NCBI GenBank assembly: GCA_052426225.1
Contig: JBNJNM010000011.1
Span: 4,526,001 to 4,590,000 of the forward strand
DNA: 64,000 nt
Direction: 5' to 3'
Source of the DNA: Zancudomyces culisetae HAW-14-8
Lineage: Eukaryota > Fungi > Kickxellomycota
Numbering within the stretch: position 1 is the stretch's first letter; each line of letters begins with the position of its first letter. Positions 48,966 through 60,394 of this stretch are shown here, piece by piece. A model generated the notes under the pieces. That model was not told the origin of the DNA. It did no database searches and was given only the letters and a program-made list of their open reading frames with translations. Both the position numbers and the translations under genes were made by a program.

Positions 48966-50988
48966 GCTTTTCAAAAGATGATACCCCAAATTTTGTCCTG
49001 GCATGGTCCCTTTTTGTGGTCATTGTACATGAGCCCATTAGTTAAGCCTGTAATGTACGTGGTAGAACCGGGGTTTTTTTTAACAGCATCGAACGCTTTT
49101 GAAAGGATCGGATAATTATTTAGCGATGTTATACTGGGATCCTTACTTACACGTTTATCATTTTATCTTTTAGGTTTATGGTCCTATACTTCAATAAACA
49201 GTATCCCGCTCTAAATTCGGCTTCACTTTACTAAAAAAAAGTATTTTTTTTTGGGGGGGGGAGGGGGGAAGAAGAATGGTTGACTGACGTTGCCAATGTA
49301 TCAAGTGGTAGACATTTAATAATGTGAGTATGGGCGTGAAAGGGCTTTAGTCATTTTTACATGTAGAGATATCCATTAACAGTTTCTAGTTATTTACAAA
49401 AAAAAATGATACTCGAGCTTAGGCTGTTATCAGCCAAACTAGTGTCTTTTTTAAAAAAATAATAGAGGGCCTCTTTCTAAACAGTGGGATAAAAAACAAA
49501 TTGTATCTCTTGCCCTAAAACGCAGTCCATCAGAAAATTAAAGAAAGCTATGTATTTTTTTCATGCATGACCAATTACAACATACAGCTCTGTTAAATCT
49601 CACCGCTGCCTGATATATATATATATTGCTATTGACACTTAAAGCACATAAACTATCAACACACCTACTTGAATGAAATTGACCGACATAGCACACATGG
49701 ATAATTCCAAAAAGCTGTGAAGCACGCTTTCTGAGACACGTATGGGTCTGCTCAGCCTAGATACGAATGCTAAATCTTTGTAGTCATCAAATTTAATAAC
49801 AGATAATCTAGTAAACTTGTTAGTGAACAGTACCACCCGGTTCTCGGGGTTTTGTATTACAGTCATCTTCAACTGTGCTTAACCACAAACAAACATTACT
49901 GCGTTTAGCTAATTTGAGTTTGAGATATTTATAAATTAAGGTTCATATTTACTCCTACCCACTGTGCATAAAAAAGTATATGTTCGGCTTGTGTTCTCAG
50001 TAACTTAACATGATACCTATTGATGAGTGTAAAGAAATAGCGTGTTGCCTTTTTTTTTTGAGCAAACAAAATTAAATATATTTCTGAAAATAATTGCAAC
50101 CATTATTAATCTTGAAGTGTTTCTAAATTGTGCTTGTTAAAAGTAGCCACGACTTGAAAGAAAGATACGAAATTCAGATGAGCCCGGCCTTATATATAAT
50201 AGGCTCACCATATACATCAATGTCGAGCAATACTATGGTCTAGATTTTCAAACTATCCTATTGTTAAACTATTTTATTTTATAGTGCCCCCTGGATCACG
50301 TTGTGCGAATTTTTATTAAATAATAGAAATAATACACTAATTATGAACAAGTCTACTTCTGTTTGTTGAGATAAAGTGAAAACACATCACTGAAGATCCT
50401 AAGACTAATATTTTTTACTGTGCACAAAAGAGCTTCCATACACACTTCGAAACATCAATTGGTTTATAATGTGCTACTTTGGATTCTAGTCGTAGTACCT
50501 TTGCACACTCACAAATTAAAGTTTATTAACATTGAGAATAAGCCAATACGTTAGTACACTCTAGAATTAAAAAAAATATTAAATAGATCCGCATTAAAAA
50601 AAAAAGGCCGAGATGTGAACAAGAAGATCATATTCAAATATATCGAATCGTCTGGTTAGCCACACAGCCTATTGTATTCTAATTAATTTATACTTTGTAG
50701 ATAGTTTTACAAAAAAAATGCTTAAATTAAAAAATACCTGGAAGCAATTTAATATATCCACTTTATTGATACATATAGTTTATATACACTAATATGAGAG
50801 TGATAGAAATAGGAAAGTGTTGTAAAAATACTCTCAATGTATTCACACCCGTGAAACGTTTTTGGTATGTAAAGTAAAAGTATATAAACGTATGTTTATT
50901 TCCCATATGATGACATTTTCATTGCAATCGAAATCATAAAATTACAAACAGCTACGCTTATCGACCACAAATACAAACAAAGGAAAAA

Positions 50989-51369
50989 ATGCTTAAGAGT
51001 ACACTATTAATCTCAGCCCTTGGCTTGATCACCACTCTCGCCTATTCACCAGAGGCGTGTAACTGCCATAACCAAGACTTGTATTCTCCCCAAAACTTTG
51101 AAGACGGAGCTGTGTACAATCAAGCGAATGACATGGGTTATGAAATTAAACGACGACGTCCTGCACGACGCGCTGCAAAACCAGCAGCAGCACCAGCAGC
51201 ACCACCACCAGCAGAAGCCGAAACCGAAACCGAAAGTGGAAGTGAAGAAGGAGATAAGAAGACAGAAGAGGAACAAATGCGTCCTAACATAGGTGGTGGC
51301 TCAGAAGGTGAGGGTGAAGGAGAGAAAAAGAAGGAGGGTGAAGGAGAGAAAAAGAAGGAGGGTGAATAA
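50989..51369 (+). CDS. Small secreted low-complexity protein
   Basis: Signal peptide MLKSTLLISALGLITTLA, CNCH motif, KRRR basic site, Pro/Ala then Glu/Gly/Lys-rich tail. TATATAAA at 50881 and A-rich start context. Confidence 0.75.
   Translation: MLKSTLLISALGLITTLAYSPEACNCHNQDLYSPQNFEDGAVYNQANDMGYEIKRRRPARRAAKPAAAPAAPPPAEAETETESGSEEGDKKTEEEQMRPNIGGGSEGEGEGEKKKEGEGEKKKEGE
51310..51366 (+). repeat. 24-nt coding tandem repeat (GAGGGTGAAGGAGAGAAAAAGAAG x2 plus partial)
   Basis: Read directly; encodes EGEGEKKK repeats. Confidence 0.9.
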
Positions 51370-53054
51370 AGACATCACACGAAAAAAAATAGGTAGGAAA
51401 AGATGGGTTGGTGTGAACAAAATCGACTAAGAAAAAAACCATAATTTTCCTGCTCCTTCAAGTCAACAGCTTGTGCTTAAGAATTTCCACCAATTTTTCC
51501 TACACGATATTATGCATATCAATTAGATTTATTTAGATTTTAACGTAGTTGGTTGACTCCTCCATTCGAAAATAAACCACATAATCAAAAGAAAAAAATA
51601 CTATTACAAACATGGACTGTGTTAGTATTGGAATGTTGTAAAAAATAGTGAAACGAGATATGAATAACTAAATTATAGTTGAAAAAGATGTGTGGTACTA
51701 GTTGACTCTATTGATATGGTTACATATATTATACCACCACAACCCATGGTAACATGTATATTGGTGCCTAAAGCCTACTTTAAGGACAATAAATCATTAT
51801 GAATGTGTGTGTGCTTATTGAGTTTGTTCCTGGTACCACAGAATTTCTTCAGAAAAAACGAGGCAAAGGAATGATTTCAATATATGATTATTGTATACTA
51901 AACAAATATATAATTTTTATTCGTTTATTTATATATTATTAGGATCTGCAAAGCAAACATTTGTACCTTTAAAGGTATATCTGTAATTTTCAACTTAGCA
52001 GCCAAAATAGGAATCGGTGCTCGATATAGATCGTCCTGGTAATCATCAAGTAGACATTTGTTCTTAGCCTAATAAAAAATGGCACTGCCAACCAGCGGGA
52101 TTTTTTCACGAAAGCAGTTCCGAGTTTTGATATTTATTTTATGAGTGATGAAATGTAGTTTGAGCGTTATAAAGATGTAAAAAGAAAAACGGAGTTGCTT
52201 AGTGGTGGGACGTTATCAAAATAAGGTAAAAGCGGATACTCAGCATTTACACGGTTCAAAGCTATTACATTGTTTATGTTTTGTAATTCACCCGAACTTT
52301 CCTTCTAAATTAGCAAAATCGTCATGTTTATTTTTTATACTGATCTAATACGTATAAAAATACTGGTGAATGAAATAAAAATCCAATTCCGATTTTTTTT
52401 TTTTGATAATTAAAGAGTAAATGGGCAGGAATACTCACCTGATTCAACTTTGCGAGCTAAAGGAAAGGGGCTAAATTGAAACTTGTTGGTAGTCAGTATC
52501 AATTTTTAAATGTTTTGTGCAGTGTTTTGTTTCTGCGAAGATTTGTTTCTTGCTGGTAAAAAAAAATCAGCACAGAAGCCATTAGAAAACACAGTTTTTG
52601 GCAACATGATATTTTCTATCACCATAGAATTATAAAAGGAATCAAAAACTTGAATAAACTAAGAGGATTTTTATGTTACTGAAAACAGCAGTGACAATTA
52701 CCTAATGGATAATTTATTTTATAAATACTGATTTTACAAGAACAAGAAAAAATTCATTTAATATATGGTGAATACTCAAACATCAAGATAGATACAAGTT
52801 GTAGACTAATAAAGGAAAGGAAAATCTGAAGAGCTCTGATTTAAATAATAGTTAGTTTTAGCGTCTATGAGCTCATAGCACAATAAAAGAAAGAGCAGAA
52901 TAAATATTGAAAAAGCATACCAAGTTAGATATCGCCAACAAGCAAAGATAGTTCATAGGTGTATTCATTAACTTGGTTATTTCTAAAGTTTTTTTTAAAA
53001 AAAGCTAAATAGCCGTGGTAAAAAGATTTTAATAACAAAGTGGTACTAATCAAG

Positions 53055-56000
53055 ATGCAGAGCAACGAAAGCGGATCAATCATGGAGAAGAAGATAGTGG
53101 ATAGCGTAGAGGGTGAGGACATGGGTAACGAGCTGGCTACTATTTTGGAGAATGAAAAGAAGATAATACAGGGCAAACTGACAGGAAAAAGCAAGAATAT
53201 TGATGAAGGAGGCAACGAAAAAGGTGCAAAGAAGGGTTTTTTTTCAAAATCTAAGAAGCGAAAGAACAAAGAGGTGAAACCGCAAGTATCGTATTTTAGC
53301 TTGTTCAGATTTGCAACAACGGGGGATAAGCTAATGCTACTTATTGGGTGTGTCTGCTCAATTGCTGTGGGGGGATCTATGCCAGTTATGACTGTTTTTT
53401 TTTCAAAAGTTATGGGTGATTTTATCACATACAACGTTTTGTATTCTCAAGGCCATAAAGCGGAAGCAGATCACATTCTTAGTTCAGGAGTAAACAAGTC
53501 CGTATTGAATTTTGTTTATTTAGCAGTAGCGACATATGTAATTTCATACATTTCAAACATATGTTGGAATATAACTGCAGCGAAACAAGCAAAAAGGATG
53601 AGGGAGATATATTATAGATCAATTATGAGCCAGGAGTCAGAGTGGTTTGATTCAATCGAATCCGGCAGTTTAACAACAAGGATGACTTCAGATGTGTCGT
53701 TGATAGAAGATGGCATTAACGAAAAGTCAGGGTTTTTGTTACAATATCTAGCTACATTTATTGGTGGGTTTATACTGGCGTTTGTAAGGGGGTGGAAAAT
53801 GGCATTAGTTGTTCTTGCTGTAATCCCGTTGATTGTACTTTCTGCTAGTTTTATGGGCGTGAGTGTGGGGAAATGGACTGTTAAGGTTCAGCAGGCGTAT
53901 GCCGAGGCTGGAGCAGTTGCAACTGAGGTATTCTCGAGCATGCGCACTGTTATGGCGTTTAATGCACAAAGGAGAGAGCTAGAGCGATACACAAGCAAGT
54001 TAGACAAAGGGTTCAATGCGGGAAATAAAAGAACTATTATACTTGCATTGGGATTGAGCGCAATGTTCTTTTTCATATATGCACTTTATGCTCTTGGATT
54101 CTGGTTTGGAGCGAAGCTAGTTAGAAATGGTGATTCTACACCAACTAATGTACTTAATGTTTTTTTTGCGCTTATGATTGGAGGGTTCAGTTTAGGAGGC
54201 GCCACACCAAGTATTTCAGCAATATCAACGGCAAGAGGTGCTGCTCCTGAAGTCTTTAAGGTTATTGATAAGAAGTCCAAAATCGATGCCACGGATCTTG
54301 AATCTGGTGATTCTGCCGAGGATATACAGGGCGAAATTGAGTTCAAAAATGTATCGTTCAACTATCCCACCAGAGATGAAGTAAAAGTGCTTGATAATGT
54401 TAGTCTTAAAGTAAAGCCAGGCCAGAAAGTAGCATTTGTAGGGGAGTCAGGGTGTGGAAAGTCAACAACTATAGCATTGGTTCAGAGATTGTATGACTGT
54501 CTGGAGGGAAATGTACTGATTGATGGAAAAGATATTAAAAAATATAATGTACGAAGTCTACGCCAAAACATGGGATTGGTCAGCCAAGAGCCAGTACTAT
54601 TTGGAGTAAGTATAGCACAAAACATCAAATGGGGAGCAAAAGATTATGAAAACAATCCACCAACACAAGAAGATGTCGAAGAAGCATGTAAGGGAGCAAA
54701 TATACATGATTTCATTATGACGCTTCCTGAAAAGTATGAAACATTGGTCGGAGAACGAGGTGCATTGTTATCAGGAGGTCAAAAACAGAGAATAGCAATT
54801 GCAAGAGCATTGATAAGAAATCCTAAAATATTATTGTTGGATGAAGCTACATCAGCATTAGATACGGAATCTGAAAAATTAGTTCAGGATGCACTTGATA
54901 AGTCTACATTAAATCGAACAACAATTACAATTGCGCATAGATTGTCAACAATAAAGGATTCAGATATGATATATGTGTTTGGTAAGGGACAGATCATAGA
55001 AAGTGGGACACATGCCGAGTTGGTGGAAATGGAAGGAGCATACGCATCATTGGTGAAGGCACAAGATTTGAAAAAGATAAAGGGCGACTCAACTGGTAAG
55101 AAAGTGGATCCAAAGAAAGAAAAGGAATTGAAAAGGAAAATTACGGACGCAAAGGATAAAGTTGGAGAGCAAAGCGCTTCATCAGTAGATAGTGAAGAAA
55201 AAGAAGAGGATAAAAAAGGGTCTTATGATGACTTGCTCTGGGTCTTCAAAAAATATTCTCTACATACAGCAATTTTCCTACCTGCCTCGTTCTTTGCAAT
55301 GCTTGATGGATGTTTATTCCCATCATTTTCAATTGTGTTTGCAAAAATGTTAACAGCGTTTGGAATTCCAGACTTGAGCGAGCAAAAACGAAAAACCGAT
55401 TTGTATGCACTCCTGTTTTTAGCCTTTGCTGTTGTAAGCTATATTACCCTGTGGCTTAGAATATATTTGTTTGGTAGGGGTGCCGTGCAAATGAACGACA
55501 AGTTAAAGCGAGATATGTTTGAATGTTTTGTATCTCAAGATAGCGAATATTTCGATCAAAAAATAAATGGCTCAGGCGCGTTGACATCAAGGCTCGCTTC
55601 GGAGTCTGATGATATTTATAAACTCAGTTCTGATGGATTTCCTCTTATTTTCCGAGGAGTTGGGTCGTTAATCACCGGAGTGGTTATTGCATTCACTAGG
55701 TCTTGGATGCTGACCTTGGTTATTTTGGCTGTTATCCCCATCATGATTTTTGCCCAATCTAAACAATCTAGAGGTATGATGCGATTGGTCAAAAAATCAA
55801 AAACCTCCGAAGAATTAACTGCGCAAGAGGCATCCGAAGCTATTGCCAACATCCGAACTGTAACTTCTTTGTCTCGAGAAAATACATTCATCAGTAACTA
55901 CGTAACTAACAATGTCCTACCACACAAAGCATCAGTAAAGAGAGCATATGTTAATGGTATTTTCTATGCATTCTCACTCTCTGCCCCATTCTTTGTGTAC

Positions 56001-56987
56001 GCACTGGCATTTTATTCTGGTTCGAGGTTTGTGATCCAAGAGCATATTAGCACTGAGCAGATGTTCAATACTCTATACGCAATAGTATTTGCTGCAGTTG
56101 CACTTGGTTATACTTCCACTGTTATGGGAATGGTTCCAAAGGCTCTAAATAGCTCACTGAAGATTAGAGAGTTATTTGGTACCGAACCGAAAATTGCTGC
56201 GCTCACCAAAGAATCTCAGGAGCACAAGTCCATACTCCCTTCAGAACTCAAAGGTGATATCAAAGCCGATGACGTCTCTTTCTCCTATCCCACTCGTCCT
56301 GATATTCAAGCTCTCAAGCATGTCAACGTGAATGCTGCTCCAGGTCAAACAATTGCTCTGGTCGGCTCTTCAGGGTCTGGGAAATCAACCATCATTAATC
56401 TAATACTTCGGTTGTACGATGTATCGGATGGGTCGGTTAGTGTTGATTCAGTAGATGTACGAGATTGGCCTTTGGATAAACTACGTGATCATCCGTCACT
56501 GGTATCACAAGAACCCATTTTGTTTGATTGTTCAGCATCTGAAAACATCAAGTATGGTAAACCCGATGCAACAGAGTTTGAGGTTCAGCAAGCTGCCAAG
56601 GCTGCAAATATACATAACCTGTTGATGGATTTACCAGATGGGTATAATACTAGAGTTGGAGGTAAAGGATCAATGCTGAGTGGAGGACAGAAGCAGAGAA
56701 TAGCGATAGCAAGAGCATTGATTAGAAATCCTAAAATACTGCTGTTGGATGAAGCTACATCAGCACTGGATACAGAATCAGAGAAGGTGGTTCAATATGC
56801 ACTGGATAAGGCTAGTGTTGGTAGAACAACCATTTCGGTGGCACACAGATTATCGACAATTCAGAACGCGGATTGGATATACGTATTTAAGAGTGGCGAG
56901 GTGATCGAACAGGGAAACCACGAATCGTTGATAGGACTGGGAGGAACATACGCCAGTTTGGTCAAGCAACAATCTCTTGCTATTTAG
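53055..56987 (+). CDS. Full-length ABCB (P-glycoprotein/MDR1-like) transporter
   Basis: TMD-NBD-TMD-NBD layout; Walker A GESGCGKS and GSSGSGKS, signature LSGGQKQR x2, Walker B LLLDEATSALD x2, AHRLST x2. First ATG at 53055. Confidence 0.96.
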   Translation: MQSNESGSIMEKKIVDSVEGEDMGNELATILENEKKIIQGKLTGKSKNIDEGGNEKGAKKGFFSKSKKRKNKEVKPQVSYFSLFRFATTGDKLMLLIGCVCSIAVGGSMPVMTVFFSKVMGDFITYNVLYSQGHKAEADHILSSGVNKSVLNFVYLAVATYVISYISNICWNITAAKQAKRMREIYYRSIMSQESEWFDSIESGSLTTRMTSDVSLIEDGINEKSGFLLQYLATFIGGFILAFVRGWKMALVVLAVIPLIVLSASFMGVSVGKWTVKVQQAYAEAGAVATEVFSSMRTVMAFNAQRRELERYTSKLDKGFNAGNKRTIILALGLSAMFFFIYALYALGFWFGAKLVRNGDSTPTNVLNVFFALMIGGFSLGGATPSISAISTARGAAPEVFKVIDKKSKIDATDLESGDSAEDIQGEIEFKNVSFNYPTRDEVKVLDNVSLKVKPGQKVAFVGESGCGKSTTIALVQRLYDCLEGNVLIDGKDIKKYNVRSLRQNMGLVSQEPVLFGVSIAQNIKWGAKDYENNPPTQEDVEEACKGANIHDFIMTLPEKYETLVGERGALLSGGQKQRIAIARALIRNPKILLLDEATSALDTESEKLVQDALDKSTLNRTTITIAHRLSTIKDSDMIYVFGKGQIIESGTHAELVEMEGAYASLVKAQDLKKIKGDSTGKKVDPKKEKELKRKITDAKDKVGEQSASSVDSEEKEEDKKGSYDDLLWVFKKYSLHTAIFLPASFFAMLDGCLFPSFSIVFAKMLTAFGIPDLSEQKRKTDLYALLFLAFAVVSYITLWLRIYLFGRGAVQMNDKLKRDMFECFVSQDSEYFDQKINGSGALTSRLASESDDIYKLSSDGFPLIFRGVGSLITGVVIAFTRSWMLTLVILAVIPIMIFAQSKQSRGMMRLVKKSKTSEELTAQEASEAIANIRTVTSLSRENTFISNYVTNNVLPHKASVKRAYVNGIFYAFSLSAPFFVYALAFYSGSRFVIQEHISTEQMFNTLYAIVFAAVALGYTSTVMGMVPKALNSSLKIRELFGTEPKIAALTKESQEHKSILPSELKGDIKADDVSFSYPTRPDIQALKHVNVNAAPGQTIALVGSSGSGKSTIINLILRLYDVSDGSVSVDSVDVRDWPLDKLRDHPSLVSQEPILFDCSASENIKYGKPDATEFEVQQAAKAANIHNLLMDLPDGYNTRVGGKGSMLSGGQKQRIAIARALIRNPKILLLDEATSALDTESEKVVQYALDKASVGRTTISVAHRLSTIQNADWIYVFKSGEVIEQGNHESLIGLGGTYASLVKQQSLAI

Positions 56988-57383
56988 CCTATTTTTTTTA
57001 TTTCTCATATGCATACATTTACATTTACATTATAACTAACAAACTCTCAATTCAAAGTATCCAAAAACAAGACCACATACAAAATTTGCATTCCAATCAT
57101 GATTTTATTCAACAAGACCATCTACATGCCGAAACATTGCAATACTCACATATGAACCACACAGGGTGGTAATGTAATAGCGGAATACTATATAAATATA
57201 TCTATATATAAGACATATGGAGGCGGAGTTCCCACATCGCAATATGGTTTAGCTAGCTATAAAGAAAGTATAAAGTCTCCATAAAATCAATATCTGAATA
57301 CAGAAAAAAATGCTTGATGTTTCAAAAACAAAATACCTTTTAAATTACACAATTGACAAATACTTGCATAATTATAAAGACAT

Positions 57384-58732
57384 TTATTCTTGATCAGCAG
57401 CAAGCTTGGCAGCCTCAATGCGTTGCTTAACTCTGTCTTTGCGTTGCTTAGCGTTAAGACGTTGTTTGCGGTAGTGTTTGGCCTTGGTGGCTCCCTCTTG
57501 TTTTCTTGCTGGCTTAGCCTTTGGCTCTGGAGAGGCGCGGATGGCTGCGTGTGCGTTTTTGTACATATCCTCCATTGAGTCGGCGGTAACTCCGGCAGCA
57601 ATAAATCTTGAGAAGTGAGACTTGTAACGCTCCTCATCCTCTTCCTCGAGCTCGCGCATGTAGTCGGCAACGTGTCCTCCGTAGATGTACTTGCGCAAGA
57701 CCTCGGCATCGAGTTGCTTGGACTCAACATCAAAGCCAGGGAAGCGAGTTTCAGAGTGTGGAACATACAAACCACCATCTGAGGCACCCTTCATTGCTGC
57801 GAATACCTTGGCTCCGGTAGTGGTTCTCTTCAAACCTACATCCAAGAATGCCTTGAATGGACGGGCGGCACCATCATCGAGCTCCTCAGTTACTGAGTAT
57901 GAACCATCTGGTACAGCTACACCTTCGTATCTTTCACCCAAACCAAGCTTGGTCAACAATCTACGGGCAACCAAGAGACCTGTGCAGTATGCTGCAGACC
58001 AGTTAGTCAAACCAACCTTTACTCCGTAGTTTGGAAGCTCGTGTGAGTATGCTGAAGCCATAACAAAGTCTCCTTGGATCTTTGCGTATACAATCTGGCA
58101 GATAACATCGGTGTTTGTGAATCTCACTACCAATCTGTACTTTGGTGAGTTGTACTTGTTCTTGGCTTGAACAATCAATCTCTTCCTGGCATAGTAGTCA
58201 GTCTTTCCCTCTATTTTGTTTAGAATTCTCAGTCAATCTGTATTCTTTGATAATGTATTGTCGCAATCGTATTGCATATAGTAGTCTTGAAGTGTTGACG
58301 TATGTCAGATAGGAGCGAAAGATAAGTTATTAATCTTCTTCTCAATAAAAAACTTTTTTAAATTGATAAGTTGAACTATGTAATCATCATAGTGCGTCTC
58401 AACAGAAAAAACATGGGAATATATCAGAGTATGTATTTGACATGTTTTGTCCTACCTCTTCTTCTTCTGAACTTAGTTTGGTAGCGCTTGAAGTAAGCCT
58501 TGTTTTTTACTAACTTGACGAATGGCTATTTTAATTAACATTAATCAGTATTGAATCCAATTTTAGTTAATAACAAATTTTTATAATATTAGTAGGAAAA
58601 TATTGAATCACAAAATCATCTCCACAATCTCAGAAAAGATGCACAAGTTGAACTGCTAACATTGTGGCACCAGAGTACAAAATAGGCACAAAATCAATGT
58701 GAGTATGGTTTACTGTCTCTTATACTTACCAT
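57384..58732 (-). CDS. RPL5: 60S ribosomal protein L5 (uL18); exons 58732-58730 (ATG only), 58525-58456, 58210-57384
   Basis: Spliced N-terminus [57 protein letters not shown]; canonical GT-AG introns. Confidence 0.98.
58297..58398 (-). ncRNA. snR60: Intronic box C/D snoRNA, snR60/SNORD80-type (guides for the LSU rRNA sites equivalent to yeast Am817 and Gm908)
   Basis: Box C ATGATGA (58390-58384). Guide CATAGTTCA plus D'-like CTTA is antisense to LSU UGAACUAUG. Guide TCTTTCGCTCCTAT plus box D CTGA (58308-58305) is antisense to LSU AUAGGGGCGAAAGA with one G-U pair. Terminal pairing GACG..TATG/CATACGTC. Confidence 0.9.
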
Positions 58733-58871
58733 TTTTTATATCTTTGTCGAACTCCGCTGGTAATTTACTTGGGTCGTAAATATATATCAAAGAGGACTCG
58801 GATTATTTTACTTTTATATCACTGATTTTTTGCAGTAAAAAAAAATATTTTAGCCTACGAAAGTGATTCGT

Positions 58872-58882
58872 TGAAAAATTTT
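58872..58882. promoter_or_regulatory. RRPE-like motif TGAAAAATTTT upstream of RPL5
   Basis: Exact match to the yeast RRPE consensus about 140 bp upstream of the RPL5 ATG; chance matches are likely in AT-rich DNA. Confidence 0.3.
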
Positions 58883-60394
58883 AGATTTTGTAAATGATTT
58901 TTAGCGTTTCTTTTTTAAAGCTTTAGTTAATCTCACCAAGAAACATAAACACTATTTGATCATTGTCTTATACTTGAAGCTCTAAAATTTTCCTACCGTT
59001 GATACTAGCTTACTCAGTTGATTTATCACCATTCAGTTATGTAACTTTAGTTGCGGGTATCACTCATCAATAAATACGTCTGTTTGCACGTCTTCACCCC
59101 CTCCCCCCCTATATTTCGTATAGTTAATGCTTGTTGTGTGCATCTAAAAAATTTAAACATCTTACTTGTCCTCTAAAAACCTTAGCGAACTTTGACATGT
59201 CGTTCGAAAAATTAAGCAGAGAAAAATATCTAATCTAATACTCTGTAAGATATTGCCTTCCCCATTATTTATTTCTGATGTCTTTTGACAACTTTAGAGT
59301 AGCCCATGCATCTACCTACCAACCAGTGATTTGTGTCACCTGATACAATCTGTATTCTTTTCAATACAATTTTCTCATACACCAAGACTTGTAACTCATG
59401 TTTATGTTCATTTTCACGCTTTTGTTCGTGCTTATGTTCGTGTCTGTCCTCACAACTCTAACTACTTTCGTATCCCTTTCCACATTTTGTTTCACAATAT
59501 CTATCTATCTGTGCATCTAAAGCTTAACTTGAGCCAATAAAATCAGTCTATAAATAACCAGCAAGCGCTTTATTTTGAAATTATATCAAAAGGGTTTTCT
59601 ATTGGTAATGTCATAATCACAAATGAGTGGCCAATTGCAAGACTGTCTATATTTTTTTTCAATCAGTCGATTTATCTACTGGGCTTCATTCACGTTTCAA
59701 ATAAATCATCGCGAAAAAATTTTTTTTCTCTAGTAGCTACCATCCCCTCCGAAATTTCCAGTGAAATGGAATATTCCATCAAAATTAACAAACTTTAACC
59801 AGGACTGGAGTAGGAGCTCCCAAACAAAATAACCCTGGCAAAAAAACACTGGGATCCCAACTCATTAAGTTTTTGTTTTCACTGAAGGCTGGGAAAATCA
59901 ACCAAAGAAAATGTCCAAATCTAGCTGATTTATTACTGTCAGTTTTATGGATGCAAAGTACAAAAAAGCAGAAATCGACCGCATAGTTGGACAAAAAAAA
60001 AGGATTTAAAATCACAGTTCTGAACCATAAATCCAAATCCAAGAGAAAGACTTTAATGCTAATACGCTTTTAACACAAATCTATTTACTCTTTTAAATAG
60101 CTGTTTGGAAAAGTTATGAAAACGGCAAAATCTTGAATTCAAACAATTTAAATTTCATATATCGTACTTTTGGTAGCCATACCACTTTTTTTATAAAAAA
60201 ATATTAATCTGATCCAGACTTATTAGCGATAAAAAAAGCACAGCTACCCGCTCTTGAAAACACAACGCCTGTATTCCGCTGAAAATCTAGACTTGATAAG
60301 TAAAAAAATCAAAATACTAAAGCTCTACTAAAGTGGCAAATCGAATTTACGTAGAAAGAAAAGAAGAAAGAAATATATATACACCTTTAGGAGG

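Noticed and set aside
59738-59760. TCTAGTAGCT...CCCTCCGAAATTTCC (starting near 59729) resembling a conserved LSU rRNA segment
   Set aside because: Only two short blocks with a mismatched centre, no flanking rRNA similarity and no snoRNA boxes; chance cannot be excluded.
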